A stretch of 64,000 nucleotides of DNA from Octopus sinensis (Eukaryota): the NCBI RefSeq assembly GCF_006345805.1, contig NC_043005.1, forward strand, positions 10,230,001 through 10,294,000, written 5' to 3'. The translations under genes and the position numbers were made by a program. Below the pieces are notes generated by a model, which saw only the letters and a list, made by a program, of their open reading frames with translations, was not told where the DNA came from and did no database searches. Of the stretch, positions 1 to 12,322 are shown piece by piece (positions within the stretch are counted from its first letter, which is position 1; every line of letters starts with the position of its first letter).

Positions 1-69
1 GCACCGTGGAAAAAGCTGTGGTTCTATATTACACATTAGTTTCTAACATGTTTTTAAATATATAAAAGA

Positions 70-100
<31 letters not shown>

Positions 101-126
101 TATATATATAATATATATATATATAT

Positions 127-176
<50 letters not shown>

Positions 177-177
177 G

Positions 178-392
178 TGTTGTGTTTGTCCCCCTAGCAT
201 TGCTTGACCACCGATGCTGGTGTGTTTACGTCCCCGTCACTTAGCGGTTCGGCAAAAGAGACCGATAGAATAAGTACTGGGCTTACAAAGAATAAGTCCC
301 GGGATCGATTTGCTCGACTAAAGGTGGTGCTCCAGCATGGCCGCAGTCAAATGACTGAAACAAGTAAAAGAGAAAAGAGAAAAAGAGAATAT
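178..392 (+). mobile_element. SINE family A, 3' half
   Basis: Matches the 3' part of the copy at 8845-9260 (ccgatgctggtgtgtttacgtccccgtcacttagcggttcggc...gactgaaacaagtaaaagag). Confidence 0.85.
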
Positions 393-1240
393 AAATGAAT
401 ATTTTCGCACACGATAATTGTGTATTATATCGAGGCCAAGAACTAGTCTTACTTTTCATCTTAAACAGTTATTAAACATTTATTCAAATCTGCAAGCTTT
501 CGGTCTTTTCCGAACTATATATTTTCATTACAAAGCCAAATTACACAATTTGAAAGTAAAACAAATAATTACTAATTTACCTCGTATTCAACTCATAATC
601 ATGATAACATTCCGTTTGAACGAGTATTTCCACTTTGAAGGTTTTGTTGGGACGTTGTCAAAATTTAGAGTCGTATTCCTACAGTTATAGATATCAATTG
701 ACCTGTCTTCCGTATCAACAAATATACAAATCGAGTATAAAACTTTAAAATTGGAAATTGCACTGACGCGACCTATAATAATATTGAAGTATATATGGAA
801 TTGGAATATGATTAAATATAAAAGCAAGACACTAATTACAATTATTTTGTTGCTTAAGGTAACGTATTTCGTTGCAATGACTGAAAATAATATCCTCATT
901 CAAATTTAAAAGGGAATAATGGACATGGTTGTGTATAAATGTTACGTGTGTTTCGGATAGGAATGTATGTGTGAAAGAATGAATGTACGAGCATAAATAT
1001 ACATGAATGTATATGTATATGAGAATATATGATTGTATGTATGTATGTATGTATGTGTACATACACATATATATTCTCATATACATATACCTTCATGTAT
1101 ATTTATGTTTGTACATTTATATATATATAATATATATGTGTGCTTGTGTGTATATGTATATATATATACATACATAAATACATATATATATATATGTATA
1201 ATATATATAACATATATATATATGTATATATATATTATAA

Positions 1241-1281
<41 letters not shown>

Positions 1282-1307
1282 TATAGATATAATATATATT
1301 ATATATA

Positions 1308-1715
1308 GGCGCAGGAGTGGCTTGTTTGGTAAGTAGCTGCTAACCAACCACATGGTTCCGGGTTCATCCCACTGCGTGGCACCTTGGGCAAGTGTCTTCT
1401 GCTATAGCCCCGGGCCGACCAATGCCTTGTGAGTGGATTTGGTAGACGGAAACTGAAAGAAGCCTGTCGTATATGTGTATATATATATGTATTTATGTGT
1501 GTGTATTGTTTGTGTGTCTGTGTTTCCCTTTAGCATTGCTTGACAACCGATGCTGGTGTGTTTACGTCCCCGTCACTTAGCGGTTCGGCAAAGAGACCGA
1601 TAGAATAAGTACTGGGCTTACAAGAATAAGTCCCGGGTTCGATTTGCTCGACTAAAGGCGGTGCTCCAGCATGGCCGCAGTCAAAATGACTGAAACAAGT
1701 AAAAGAGTAAAAAGA
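1308..1715 (+). mobile_element. tRNA-derived SINE family A (CORE-like; resembles octopus OR-type SINEs)
   Basis: Pol III A/B box-like head (ggagtggc..tggtaag; ggttcatccc), CORE-like ccttgggcaagtgtctt, internal TA/TG tract, (agtaaaa)n tail; about 10 copies in the window. Confidence 0.85.
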
Positions 1716-1771
1716 GTATATAATATATATGAATATTTTTATGTACATGTAAATGCGAGGAGACAAAGAGA

Positions 1772-1851
<80 letters not shown>

Positions 1852-2549
1852 TATAAGATAGATAGATAGATACATATGCATGTTTGTATGTTTACTTTTA
1901 TGTGTGTGCATATTCTTCACTCTTATTCGTAACTAGTTTCAGCTTCAGAATTGCAGCAACGATGGGGCACCGCCGTTTTCTTTGTATATACCCAAGCATA
2001 TACAATCATACACGTGCCACACACCACACGCGCGCGCGCAAACACACGCGCGCGCACGCACGCACACACGCACACACACACACACACACACATGTTATAT
2101 GTAATATATATGTAAGTATATATGTAAATATATATATAAATATCCATGATATGTGCAATATATACTATATATACACGGTGCCCCAGCATGGCTGCAGCCT
2201 CAAGGTTCAAAAATTAAAAGAATAAAAGGTAAAAGAATATATTATACACATATGTATATATACATATTTTCTTATAGAGGCATATCTACTTAAATATGAA
2301 TAAATATAACTATATACGTGTAATATATTGTTTGTGCGTGTAATTATACATATATATATATATTATTATATATAATAAATATTATGGAATATATCCAAAT
2401 TTACAGGGAAAAAAAAATCAGATTTAGGATTAATCCAATTTTATAGTAAAATATTATAAAATATTATTTGAGACAAAACCACTATTTTGCAAAACAAACA
2501 AGGAAAGACTTATCAATACATAAAATTTAATAAATAGTCAAAAAAACCG

Positions 2550-2592
2550 CCACTACAATCGTTTCTTGTCTTGATCGACAATCTTCAGGTGG
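2550..2592 (-). ncRNA. Minimal type I hammerhead ribozyme motif
   Basis: Minus strand reads ccac-CTGAAGA-ttgtc-gatcaa-gacaa-GAAA-c-gatt-GTA-gtgg. Confidence 0.75.
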
Positions 2593-2646
2593 ACTTCCAA
2601 TAATTCAGTTACAAGTTACATAATTTGTAACTGAATTATTGGAAGT

Positions 2647-2688
2647 CCACCTGAAGATTGTCGATCAAGACAAGAAACGATTGTAGGG
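2647..2688 (+). ncRNA. Minimal type I hammerhead ribozyme motif (1-nt deletion in stem I)
   Basis: ccac-CTGAAGA-ttgtc-gatcaa-gacaa-GAAA-cgatt-GTA-ggg. Confidence 0.65.
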
Positions 2689-2782
2689 CGGTTTTTTTGA
2701 CTATTTATTAAATTTATGTTTGATTAAGTCTTTCCTTGTTTGTTTTGCAAAATAGTGGTTTTGTCTCAAATAATATTTTATA

Positions 2783-2815
<33 letters not shown>

Positions 2816-2816
2816 G

Positions 2817-2857
<41 letters not shown>

Positions 2858-2900
2858 ATATCTATATATATATATATAGGCAATATATATATATATATAT

Positions 2901-3305
2901 AGGCGCAGGAGTGGCTGTGTGGTAAGTAGCTTGCTAACCACCACTGGTTCCGGGTTCAGTCCCACTGCGTGGCACCTTGGCAAGTGTCTTCTGCTATAGC
3001 CCCGGGCCGACCAATGCCTTGTGAGTGGATTTGGTAGACGGAAACTGAAGAAGCCTGTCGTATATGTGTATATATATATGTATGTATGTGTGGTATATGT
3101 TTGTGTGTCTGTGTTTGTCCCTTTAGCATTGCTTGACAACCGATGCTGGTGTGTTTACGTCCCCGTCACTTAGCGGTTCGGCAAAGAACCGATAGAATAA
3201 GTCTGGGCTTACAAAATAAGTCCCGGTTCGATTTGCTCGACTAAAGGCGGTGCTCCAGCATGGCCGCAGTCAAAATGACTGAAACAAGTAAAAGAGTAAA
3301 AAGAG
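2901..3305 (+). mobile_element. SINE family A (duplicated copy)
   Basis: Near-identical to 1308-1715. Confidence 0.85.
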
Positions 3306-3363
3306 TATATATATATATATGAATATTTTTATGTACATGTAAATGCGAGGAGACAAAGAGATG

Positions 3364-3467
<104 letters not shown>

Positions 3468-3999
3468 CATATGCATGTTTGTATGTTTACTTTTATGTGT
3501 GTGCATATTCTTCACTCTTTATTCGTAACTAGTTTCAGCTTCAGAATTGCAGCAACGATGGGGCACCGCCGTTTTCTTTGTATATACCCAAGCATATACA
3601 ATCATACACGTGCACACACACACACACGCGCGCGCGCAAACACACGCGCGCGCACGCACGCACACACGCACACAAACACACACACACACACACGCACACA
3701 AACACACACACACACACACATATGTATATATGTATATATGTAAGTATATATGTAAATATATATATAAATATCCATGTATATGTGCATATATATACATATA
3801 TATACACGGTGCCCCAGCATGGCTGCAGCCTCAAGGTTCAAAAATTAAAAGAATAAAAGAGTAAAAAATATATATATACACATATGTTTATACATTTTTC
3901 TTATAGAGGCATACTACTTAAATATGAATATAATAACTATATACGTGTATATATGTGTATTGTGCGTGAATTATACATATATATTATATAATATATATA

Positions 4000-4401
4000 T
4001 AATAAATATTAGGAATATATCCAAATTTACAGGGAAAAAAAATCAGATTTAGGATTAAATCCATTTTATGTAAAATATTATCAAATATTATTTGAGACAA
4101 AACCACTATTTTGCAAAACAAACAAGGAAAGACTTAATCAATACATAATTTAATAATAGTCAAAAAAACCGCCACTACAATCGTTTCTTGTCTTGATCGA
4201 CAATCTTCAGGTGGACTTCCAATAGTCCGTTACAAGTTACATAATTTGTAACTGAATTATTGGAAGTCCACCTGAAGATTGTCGATCAGACAAGAAACGA
4301 TTGTAGTGGCGGTTTTTTTGACTATTTATTAAATTTTATGTATTGATTAAGTCTTTCCTTGTTTGTTTTGCAAATATGGTTTTTTCTCCAAATAATATTT
4401 T
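4000..4401. mobile_element. Palindromic hammerhead-bearing element, second short copy (motifs at 4172-4214 minus, 4268-4309 plus)
   Basis: Duplicate of 2373-2780. Confidence 0.75.
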
Positions 4402-4574
4402 ATATTATATATAATATATACATATATATACTATAATTATCTATATTATAATATATACTATACATATATGCTATATATATATATAATATACATGTATATA
4501 TATATATATACTATACATATATATATATATACTATACATGTATATATTATATACATATTATATATATATACATG

Positions 4575-4606
<32 letters not shown>

Positions 4607-4619
4607 CATGTATATATAT

Positions 4620-4660
<41 letters not shown>

Positions 4661-4806
4661 ATATATATGTTTAGTTACGTTTATTCTTCATATATCATAT
4701 ATAATATATAGTACAATATGTATATATTTATACATAAGTGCAAATGATTAAAACAAATTTCAAATCTTCTTGTACAAATAATTGATGTATATTTGTACGT
4801 TGTACA

Positions 4807-4852
<46 letters not shown>

Positions 4853-5286
4853 GTGTGTGTGGTGTGTGTGTGTGTGTGTGTGTGCGTGCGCGCGTGTGCA
4901 TGTATAAATATACCTGCGTATGCGTATACTCACGCACATACAATCATGAACATACCAATATTGATTGATTTCGGTATTTTGCTGGTTTGGTTGTGTATTA
5001 TATATTTTATCTCGTTTCGCTGCTGAAAAAAAAATGCTTTTGTTTTAATAATATCTGCAAGTACACTGATAAAGCTTCGGCGACTGGCTATTACTCGCCC
5101 AACTTAACAACTCTTCACTTTATCAATATCTGCTTTATTCCACACAGCAACAAAGCTGGGCCAAGATTTCTTGAATAGGAGACATTATAAAGTGATTGTA
5201 TGATGGTGCAAATATGTGTATATGTGTGTATGTGTGTATGTATGTTTGTGTTTGTGTGTATTTGTATATATGTATATTATATAATA

Positions 5287-5319
<33 letters not shown>

Positions 5320-5448
5320 AGAAAACGCATGTATATGTGCATATATCTAATAGATACATACATACATATAAATGTTTGTATGTACAATTTATATATGCAT
5401 TTAGGTATATATGTATACATATATGTATTATGCATAGGTTATATGTAT

Positions 5449-5495
<47 letters not shown>

Positions 5496-5612
5496 GTACA
5501 TATCTAAATATATATATATATATGTGTGTGTGTGTGTATGTATATATATATATGTATGTATCTATGATATATAATATATATATATATATATAATATATAT
5601 ATATACATATAT

Positions 5613-6302
5613 ACTCTTTTTACTCTTTACTCTTTTACTTGTTTCAGTCATTGACTGCGGCCATGCTGGAGCACCGCCTTTAGTCAAGCATATCGACCCC
5701 AGGACTTAATCCTTGTAAGCATAGTACTTATTCTATCGGTCTCTTTTGCCGAACCGCTAAGTTACGGGGATGCAAACGCACCACCACCGGTTGTCAAGCG
5801 ATGTTGGGGGAACAAACACAGACACACAAACATATACACACACATACACATATATACCTATGTACGACTGGCTTCTTTCAGTTTCCGTCTAACAAATCCA
5901 CTCACAAGGCTTTGGTCGGCCCGAGTAGAAGTCACTTGCCCAAGGTGCCACGCAATGGGTTCCGGGCTCAGTCCCACTTTGTGGAACCTTAGGCAAGTGT
6001 CTTCTAGTATAGCCTCGGGCTAACCAAAGCCTTGTGAGTGGATTTGGTAGACGGAAACTGAAAGAAGCCCGTCGTATGTATATATATATATATATATATA
6101 TGGTGTGTCTGTCTTTGTCCACCCAACATCGCTTGACAATCGATGCTGGTGTGTTTACGTCCCCGTAACTTAGCGGTTCAGCAAAAGAGAAAGATAGAAT
6201 AAGTACTAGGCTTACAAGGAATAAGTCCTGGGTTCGATGTACTCGACTAAAGGCGGTTCTCCAGCATGGCCGCAGTCAAATGACTGAAACAAGTAAAAGA
6301 GT
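5613..6302. mobile_element. Two SINE A copies fused head-to-head (5613-5959 minus; 5958-6302 plus)
   Basis: Both are 5'-truncated within the tRNA head and joined at cgcaatggGTTCCGGG. Confidence 0.85.
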
Positions 6303-6340
6303 ATATGTATATGTATGTGTGTATATATATGTGTGTGTGT

Positions 6341-6516
6341 GTTACTAAAGTGACTAAGGGTACTATTTAGCACCAGTATTGCTAGAAATAAGAGTCAAAA
6401 CAACTCATACTCACGAGAAAGCACTTATCTTATGACTGAGAAGGGAAGCAAGCTCCCTACAGCATCCGGGGTATAGCCAGATCATCAGTTAAATTACCCT
6501 TAGTCACTTTAGTAAC
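6341..6516. mobile_element. 176-bp element with perfect 22-bp terminal inverted repeats and a truncated hammerhead-like core
   Basis: gttactaaagtgactaagggta (6341-6362) / tacccttagtcactttagtaac (6495-6516). Minus strand 6464-6488 reads CTGATGA-tctgg-loop-ccgga with no GAAA. Confidence 0.65.
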
Positions 6517-6563
6517 GTCTATACTTCTGCCTATCGGTTGCAAATTGCGAATAATCCACCTTT

Positions 6564-6620
<57 letters not shown>

Positions 6621-7153
6621 ATAAATACGTGTGAAAAGAGATATATATATATATAGTAGGAGAATATAACGGATAGAATATAATGTTGAAAGTTATGAAT
6701 ACCAACTATAAGGCTGAGCAAAAACACAAAAGGGGACTGTTCTGCATTACTAAATACGAGTAACGTGGGGACTCACAAATGTATTATTACACTGAATTGT
6801 AAAATGTCCATCAAGTGATACGATGGAATTTGTTCCGAGATAAAAACTCACACTAGGGATGCTTAATCTATAAAGAAAAAGCAATGGAAATGACTTCAAT
6901 AAATTAGTCGATCGACACTTTTTTGTGACTATAGAAAATATCAATTATAGTAGTACAAGGAAGGGAGTGATTCTGATACTGAATAACAACAGCATGGCTT
7001 AGGGACATATATTCTGTCTATATGTATTCATATAGAGCTAAATTTTCTTTTCAGTTGTCACTTCGTATTAGCTATATTATGAATCATTATGTATGTGTCT
7101 AGCTCTGTACCTGCATATCTAATTATGTCTGCATGTTTGAGTGTGTTTTATTC

Positions 7154-7188
<35 letters not shown>

Positions 7189-7219
7189 TGTATGTATGTA
7201 TGTATGTATGTATGTATAC

Positions 7220-7376
7220 AACTACAGCCGGCTATTACCGGTAAAGTTTTTAGTTGCCAATTCTGCACAAGACATTGTAGATCTTTAGCTGGGCTAAAAA
7301 GTCACATTCGATCACAGCGCCAGTAACAGTTAAGCTTCGTGCAATGGCCATACTCGATAACGAGGGGGGCAGCCAT
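7220..7376 (+). mobile_element. RTE-clade LINE 3' end (C-terminal zinc-finger-like motif and 3' UTR)
   Basis: FSCQFCTRHCRSLAGLKSHIRSQ-stop, short 3' UTR, embedded in (TATG)n. Tail shared with 33878-33923. Confidence 0.7.
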
Positions 7377-7850
7377 AACGTATGTATGTATGTATGTATG
7401 TATGTATGTATGTATGTATGTATGTATGTATGTATGTATGTATGTATGTATGCATTTATGTATGTATTTATGTATATATGCATTTATGTATGTATGCATC
7501 TATGTATGTATGTAGGTATGTATACTTTTATGTATGTATGTATGTACGTATGTATGTCATTATTCAGTTTTACTTCAAGATTTCTTGCCAATAGAGAAAG
7601 AGCTGGTTTCTGATCTAAATCCAAAGTTCCTTCATTGGAATTTCAACATCAACGGAGTATTTTTGCATGCATGTGTGTATATGTGCATACATCCCACCAC
7701 CCTGAATAAATCAGCCACAGAATTTATAGAGTTGCTCTAGCATGACCGCGGCCGCTTGGCTGAAGTGCATAAGCGAATAAAAGATATATAACTGAAATAC
7801 GATGCACACAAGAAAGTGTTGTGAAATAAGCAAACTTTTGAATCAGTTCA

Positions 7851-8203
7851 GATATAGTGATAGCTTAATGTGACAGTCCCATAAAAGGGAAGAATGCTAC
7901 TGTTATTTAACCCTTGAAGTCAAAAATCAGTGAATGCATTTCACTTGAAATATATATGTTTTCAAAGGCGGATAGGCATAGACAGCTAGCAAACCATGCT
8001 ACTCCAGACTGATGATGAGCAATGACTCTGAAGCTAGTCTCTGGTTGCTGGCTTTGCTGGGTGGAGGTGCTTATTTCCCCTGTTTGAAAACGTAAGAACA
8101 CAGGAAATGTGTTAGGTCCAACAGGAAACGGTGTTTCCTAGGGCTAAATAACAGTAGCTTTCTTCTCTTTTATGGGACTGTCACAACATGCTATCACTTT
8201 ATC
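7851..8203. mobile_element. ~350-bp element with ~65-bp imperfect inverted termini and a central hammerhead-like motif (8004-8044, plus)
   Basis: Arms 7851-7916 / 8138-8203. Core reads ccaga-CTGATGA-tgag-caatga-ctct-GAAg-ctaGTC-tctgg. Confidence 0.65.
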
Positions 8204-8259
8204 GTGCTGCTACTGAATAAATCTCTCTGAGAGATTTAGAAATATATTATTTCTACAGT

Positions 8260-9640
8260 TCAGATATACAAAGGCTATTTTCATTGCGGTTTGCCTTGGA
8301 AAAAATTCTGTTTTTAGTAACAACTATTCTAGTAAACAATGCATTTCCAGGGTCTGGTTTAGTGAACTATTTAAGCGGCAGTTGACAGGAGAAATCGTCA
8401 GCAACCGCTAGTAGGTCACCCTGAAGAGGGCGATTACAATAGAATCGATAGTTTTTAGCAAAGAGCTAACAATAGAAAGAAATAGATTCGAGGGAGAATG
8501 AGCTAAGTGGCGATTAGTAAGGGCATCACGACCGACATGCTAGGGGAAAGAAAGGCACTTTACTATTTCTTCGAGGCGAGACACGAAGGCTGTTTTCTTA
8601 GAGCTAAAGCTCGTGCGCTCAAAATCGAAGGTACTAAAGTCGTCCGATGGGCCGGATGGGTGGAAACATGGCATGGCAACAAAACCACGATCAGGTCTTT
8701 GACGTGCACGTGCTACTCAGTACTACTCAGTGCTACTCAAATTTGCGCGGCTTTCCATTAGTATTTTGCGCGACTGCTGAAGAAGGACGATGACCGGCAA
8801 CATTAGTGGACTTTAGTTTGAAAGTTGCGGGAACAGGCGGGAATAGGCGCAGGAGTGGCTGTGTGGTAAGTAGCTTGCTAACCAACCACATGGTTCCGGG
8901 TTCAGTCCCACTGCGTGGCATCTTGGGCAAGTGTCTTCTGCTATAGCCTCGGGCCGACCAATGCCTTGTGAGTGGATTTGGTAGACGGAAACTGAAAGAA
9001 GCCTGTCGTATATATATATGTGTGTATGTGTGTGTGTTTGTGTGTCTGTGTTTGTCCCCCTAGCATTGCTTGACAACCGATGCTGGTGTGTTTACGTCCC
9101 CGTCACTTAGCGGTTCGGCAAAAAAGAGACCGATAGAATAAGTACTGGGCTTACAAAGAATAAGTCCCGGGGTCGAGTTGCTCGACTAAAGGCGGTGCTC
9201 CAGCATGGCCGCAGTTAAATGACTGAAACAAGTAAAAGAGTAAAAGTAAAAGTAAAAGAGAACAGAGACAGTCCTTTTTGGTAGAGCCCTCATCGATCTG
9301 CTCGTTTAAGCTTTACTTGACAAGATGAGTGAGGGGGGAGAGGGAGGTGTTGTCCTCAAGTGTCCTAATTAAAAGGTGTGTGAAAGTTGCAAAAATAGCG
9401 AGAATGGATGGTGTCGCTCTAAGTACAAATTTGTGATTTGGAGAAAAGGAATTGAAGAGGAGAGTTTCCCTAGGTGTTCAGGGAGATCTTGAATGGTGGG
9501 GATCCTAAACTGGCCCAAGAGATCCACGTCTACTAGGAGGACCATATCACTATCACTTTTTTTAATGTATACTGTTTTCGTTTCCATCTTTTCATTCTTT
9601 GTTTCTTTTTGTAATGTCCCATCTCCATCTCTCGCACAGG
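8260..9640 (+). mobile_element. Degraded L1/Tx1-like ORF2 fragments interrupted by SINE A
   Basis: ERKALYYFFEARHEGCFLRAKARALKIEG resembles the EN-RT linker of L1/Tx1 ORF2. Similar composition resumes after the SINE. Confidence 0.4.
8845..9260 (+). mobile_element. SINE family A, full length
   Basis: Complete head (aggcgcaggagtggctgtgtggtaag...ggttcagtccc), body and tail. Confidence 0.9.
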
Positions 9641-9659
9641 TGGATATTAAAAGAAATCG

Positions 9660-9680
9660 TCATCATCATTACCATCCTCG

Positions 9681-9726
<46 letters not shown>

Positions 9727-9735
9727 TATCATTAT

Positions 9736-9790
<55 letters not shown>

Positions 9791-9810
9791 TATTATTATT
9801 ATTATTATTA

Positions 9811-9847
<37 letters not shown>

Positions 9848-9882
9848 CATTATTATTATTATTATTGTTATTATTATTATTA
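9660..9882. repeat. (CAT)n/(TAT)n microsatellite
   Basis: Direct reading. Confidence 0.95.
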
Positions 9883-10200
9883 TTCAGCACTCTTATTTTT
9901 ATCACGTGCTTTCACTACACTGCCAAGCACAGCTCTGTGTGCCTTGGGTATGCGCCGTTATTCGTTGTGGTGCTCTTATTTTCACCGTATCGAAAGTGTT
10001 TTATGTAGGATGTGCGCGGTGCCTAGTAGTGCTATTTTCTTTATGTTATATACACTCGTAAGTCCTGGTGTTTTTGCCTGGATGTTTTTTCTTTCGTCAT
10101 ATCTAATGCGCCTACTATGATAGGAATTGTTTTTGTTTTTAGGCTTCACATTCGAGTTACCTCTATTTCCAGATCTTTGTATTTTGTCTTCTCCTTTTCG
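9883..10200 (-). mobile_element. R4/Dong-like LINE 3' fragment
   Basis: Minus strand KYKDLEIEVTRM*SLKTKTIPIIVGAL...PGLTSVYNIKKIALLGTAHILHKTLS aligns with the C-terminus of the 13723-15468 ORF and ends in (TAA)n. Confidence 0.85.
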
Positions 10201-10345
10201 TCCATTACCTTTTCCGGTGTATGTAGGTACCAAGCACCCATAACATTATATCCATACTTACAACAAGAACCAGTGAAGTATTATTGTTATTATTATTATT
10301 ATTGTTATTATTGTTGTTATTATTATTGTTGTTATTATTATTATT

Positions 10346-10431
10346 GTCTTTGCACAGCTTCTAATGCTGGAGATGTACTACGGTAAGACCCCGTACTTTT
10401 CGAGCACCATCCGGAGTATTCGAGCGGTTCC
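10346..10431 (-). mobile_element. R4/Dong-like LINE extreme 3' stub
   Basis: Minus strand GTARILRMVLEKYGVLP-stop plus a short UTR, flanked on both sides by TAA-type repeats. Confidence 0.6.
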
Positions 10432-10904
10432 AATTATTATCATTATCATTATTATCAGTAATATTCTTACCGTTCTTTGTTTTAGTTGTCACAGTTAATT
10501 TTATTTCTTTTATATCTATCGTTAGTATTCCTATTATGATTGACATTTGAAACCTTATTCCTGTTTACATTTATATTATGCTTATCACGAGGGTTACCCT
10601 CATTAGCGTTATGCTTAGACAATATACAATTGTAATCATCGTCATTATTTTCGTGACTCTACTAAAAAGTATTTACTTTCTTTAATTTACCCCCACTAGT
10701 GTTAACCTTAATCCTACACTTGATTGTTCTAACATTTACAACACAGTTTTTAGTATCCATGTTTTTTACCATTTCCTACATCCTTATTTTTGTCATAAAG
10801 TGTAGTATTTGCATTAATCTTAGTAGAACAGTATTTCGTCCCACATAATTAGTAGCTATAGGAAAATTATAACCGTTCAGAAGATATGTTGCAATATAAC
10901 CGTT

Positions 10905-11675
10905 CAGAAGATATGTTGCAATACGTACAGAAGCGACGAGAGGGGGCCACCTTGACCGACCGAACACGTGATGCTAAATGGTCTGCATAGATAACCATTT
11001 ACGCGAACTACCGAGCGGATGCCGCTGTATAAGGCAACCATCCAACCATGGAAAATGGGACCGAAACCAGCCGCACTAAGGACAGCCTCCAAGTAGCAAT
11101 GGTCGACCTTACCGAAAGATTTCGATTGATCCAAATTGATCAGCGCCCCACCCATGCTAGGTTCCTTACTACCCTGTCAATGGTGTAGCGCATCTGATGG
11201 AGGTTGTCATGGATACTTCTGCCCGGCACGGCGCATGTTTGCGCCTTGTCGACCAGTTTCTTGATGACAAGCGACAACCTCTTGGCTAGCACCTTAGCCA
11301 AAATCTTGAAATCTGCGTTGAGCAGAGTAATGGGCCTGAGGTTATCTGTGACGTTCCCCTAGTTTGGATCTTTCTATAGCAGTGCCATTGCTCCTTGCTT
11401 TACAAAGGCGAGGATACCTCCGTTTTGCTGCCAGTTGCAGTAGACAGCTGCCAAGACGCCTCCAAACAAGCGTGGCATATGTTCGTAGGGCAGACCTGGC
11501 ATAAAGTTCGTAGGGCAGACCATTCGAGCCTAGTGACTTGTCTCTCGCGCAGCCTGCCATCGCATCCCGTACATCCGCGGCTGTGATGGTTCTTTCACAA
11601 CACTCTACCTCTCCTGCTAAGAGTCGTGGCAGGCCATGCAGGTAGGCACTAAAGTCTGCCCTATGTGAAAGGCCT
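10905..11675 (-). mobile_element. L1/Tx1-clade reverse transcriptase fragment (pseudogenised)
   Basis: LDQSKSFGKVDH, VRVNGY and SVGQGGPLSSLLYVL match LDxxKAFDRVDH / GVRQGCPLSPLL. Upstream KSLGSNGLPYELY matches KSPGxDGLPxEFY. Confidence 0.85.
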
Positions 11676-12152
11676 CTCCGAAAAGATACAAAAGATATGC
11701 GGCCCATATGACATCAGGACAGTATTCAAGAGTAATACAACACTTCGCAAATATCTCCTCTGAGTAAAACCATCAATAGAAGAGAATATGACCAAAGACT
11801 ACGTGTACCCCATTCCATATAGCTGTGGTAGGTTATACAAAGGCGAAACATGCCGCCCCTTCAAAATAAGGGTAGAGGAATATCGCAAAGCTGTGACACG
11901 AGGAGACGTTGATAAATCGGGTATAGCTGATCATGTATGGGAAAATGGAGACCACCTCCCCCTGTGGAATGAAGTTAAAATAATAGACAGAGAACACCAC
12001 TGGAAAATATGAAAACTAAAGAAAACAGCACATATGCTAAGACACAACAACCACCTAAGCAGACCGAGTGCCGATATGAACAGCATATGGGAACCGGCAT
12101 TAAAGAAGGATAGGAAAATATTAGATTTATAAGCCCTAGAATAAACTCCACA

Positions 12153-12224
12153 GTTGCCCACGGCGTAGTGGTTAAGAGCACGGGATACTAACCCCAAAAT
12201 TCCGAGTTCGATTCCAGGCAGTGA

Positions 12225-12226
<2 letters not shown>
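12153..12226 (+). other. tRNA-like sequence (A and B boxes) in the Penelope-like 3' region
   Basis: A box cggcgtagtgg (12161-12171), B box gagttcgattcc (12204-12215), partial acceptor stem gttgcc/ggcagt. Probably not a functional tRNA. Confidence 0.6.

Positions 12227-12321
<95 letters not shown>

Positions 12322-12322
<1 letters not shown>

Larger units (their letters stand above)
2373..2780. mobile_element. Palindromic hammerhead-bearing element (Penelope-like inverted pLTR type), short form
   Basis: Inverted arms around ~2620, an ~85-bp unpaired extension on the left, and (TA)n flanks. Same termini as 24078-28295. Confidence 0.75.

Noticed and set aside
12153-12226. Functional tRNA gene
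   Set aside because: Imperfect cloverleaf and embedded in a retroelement; kept only as tRNA-like.
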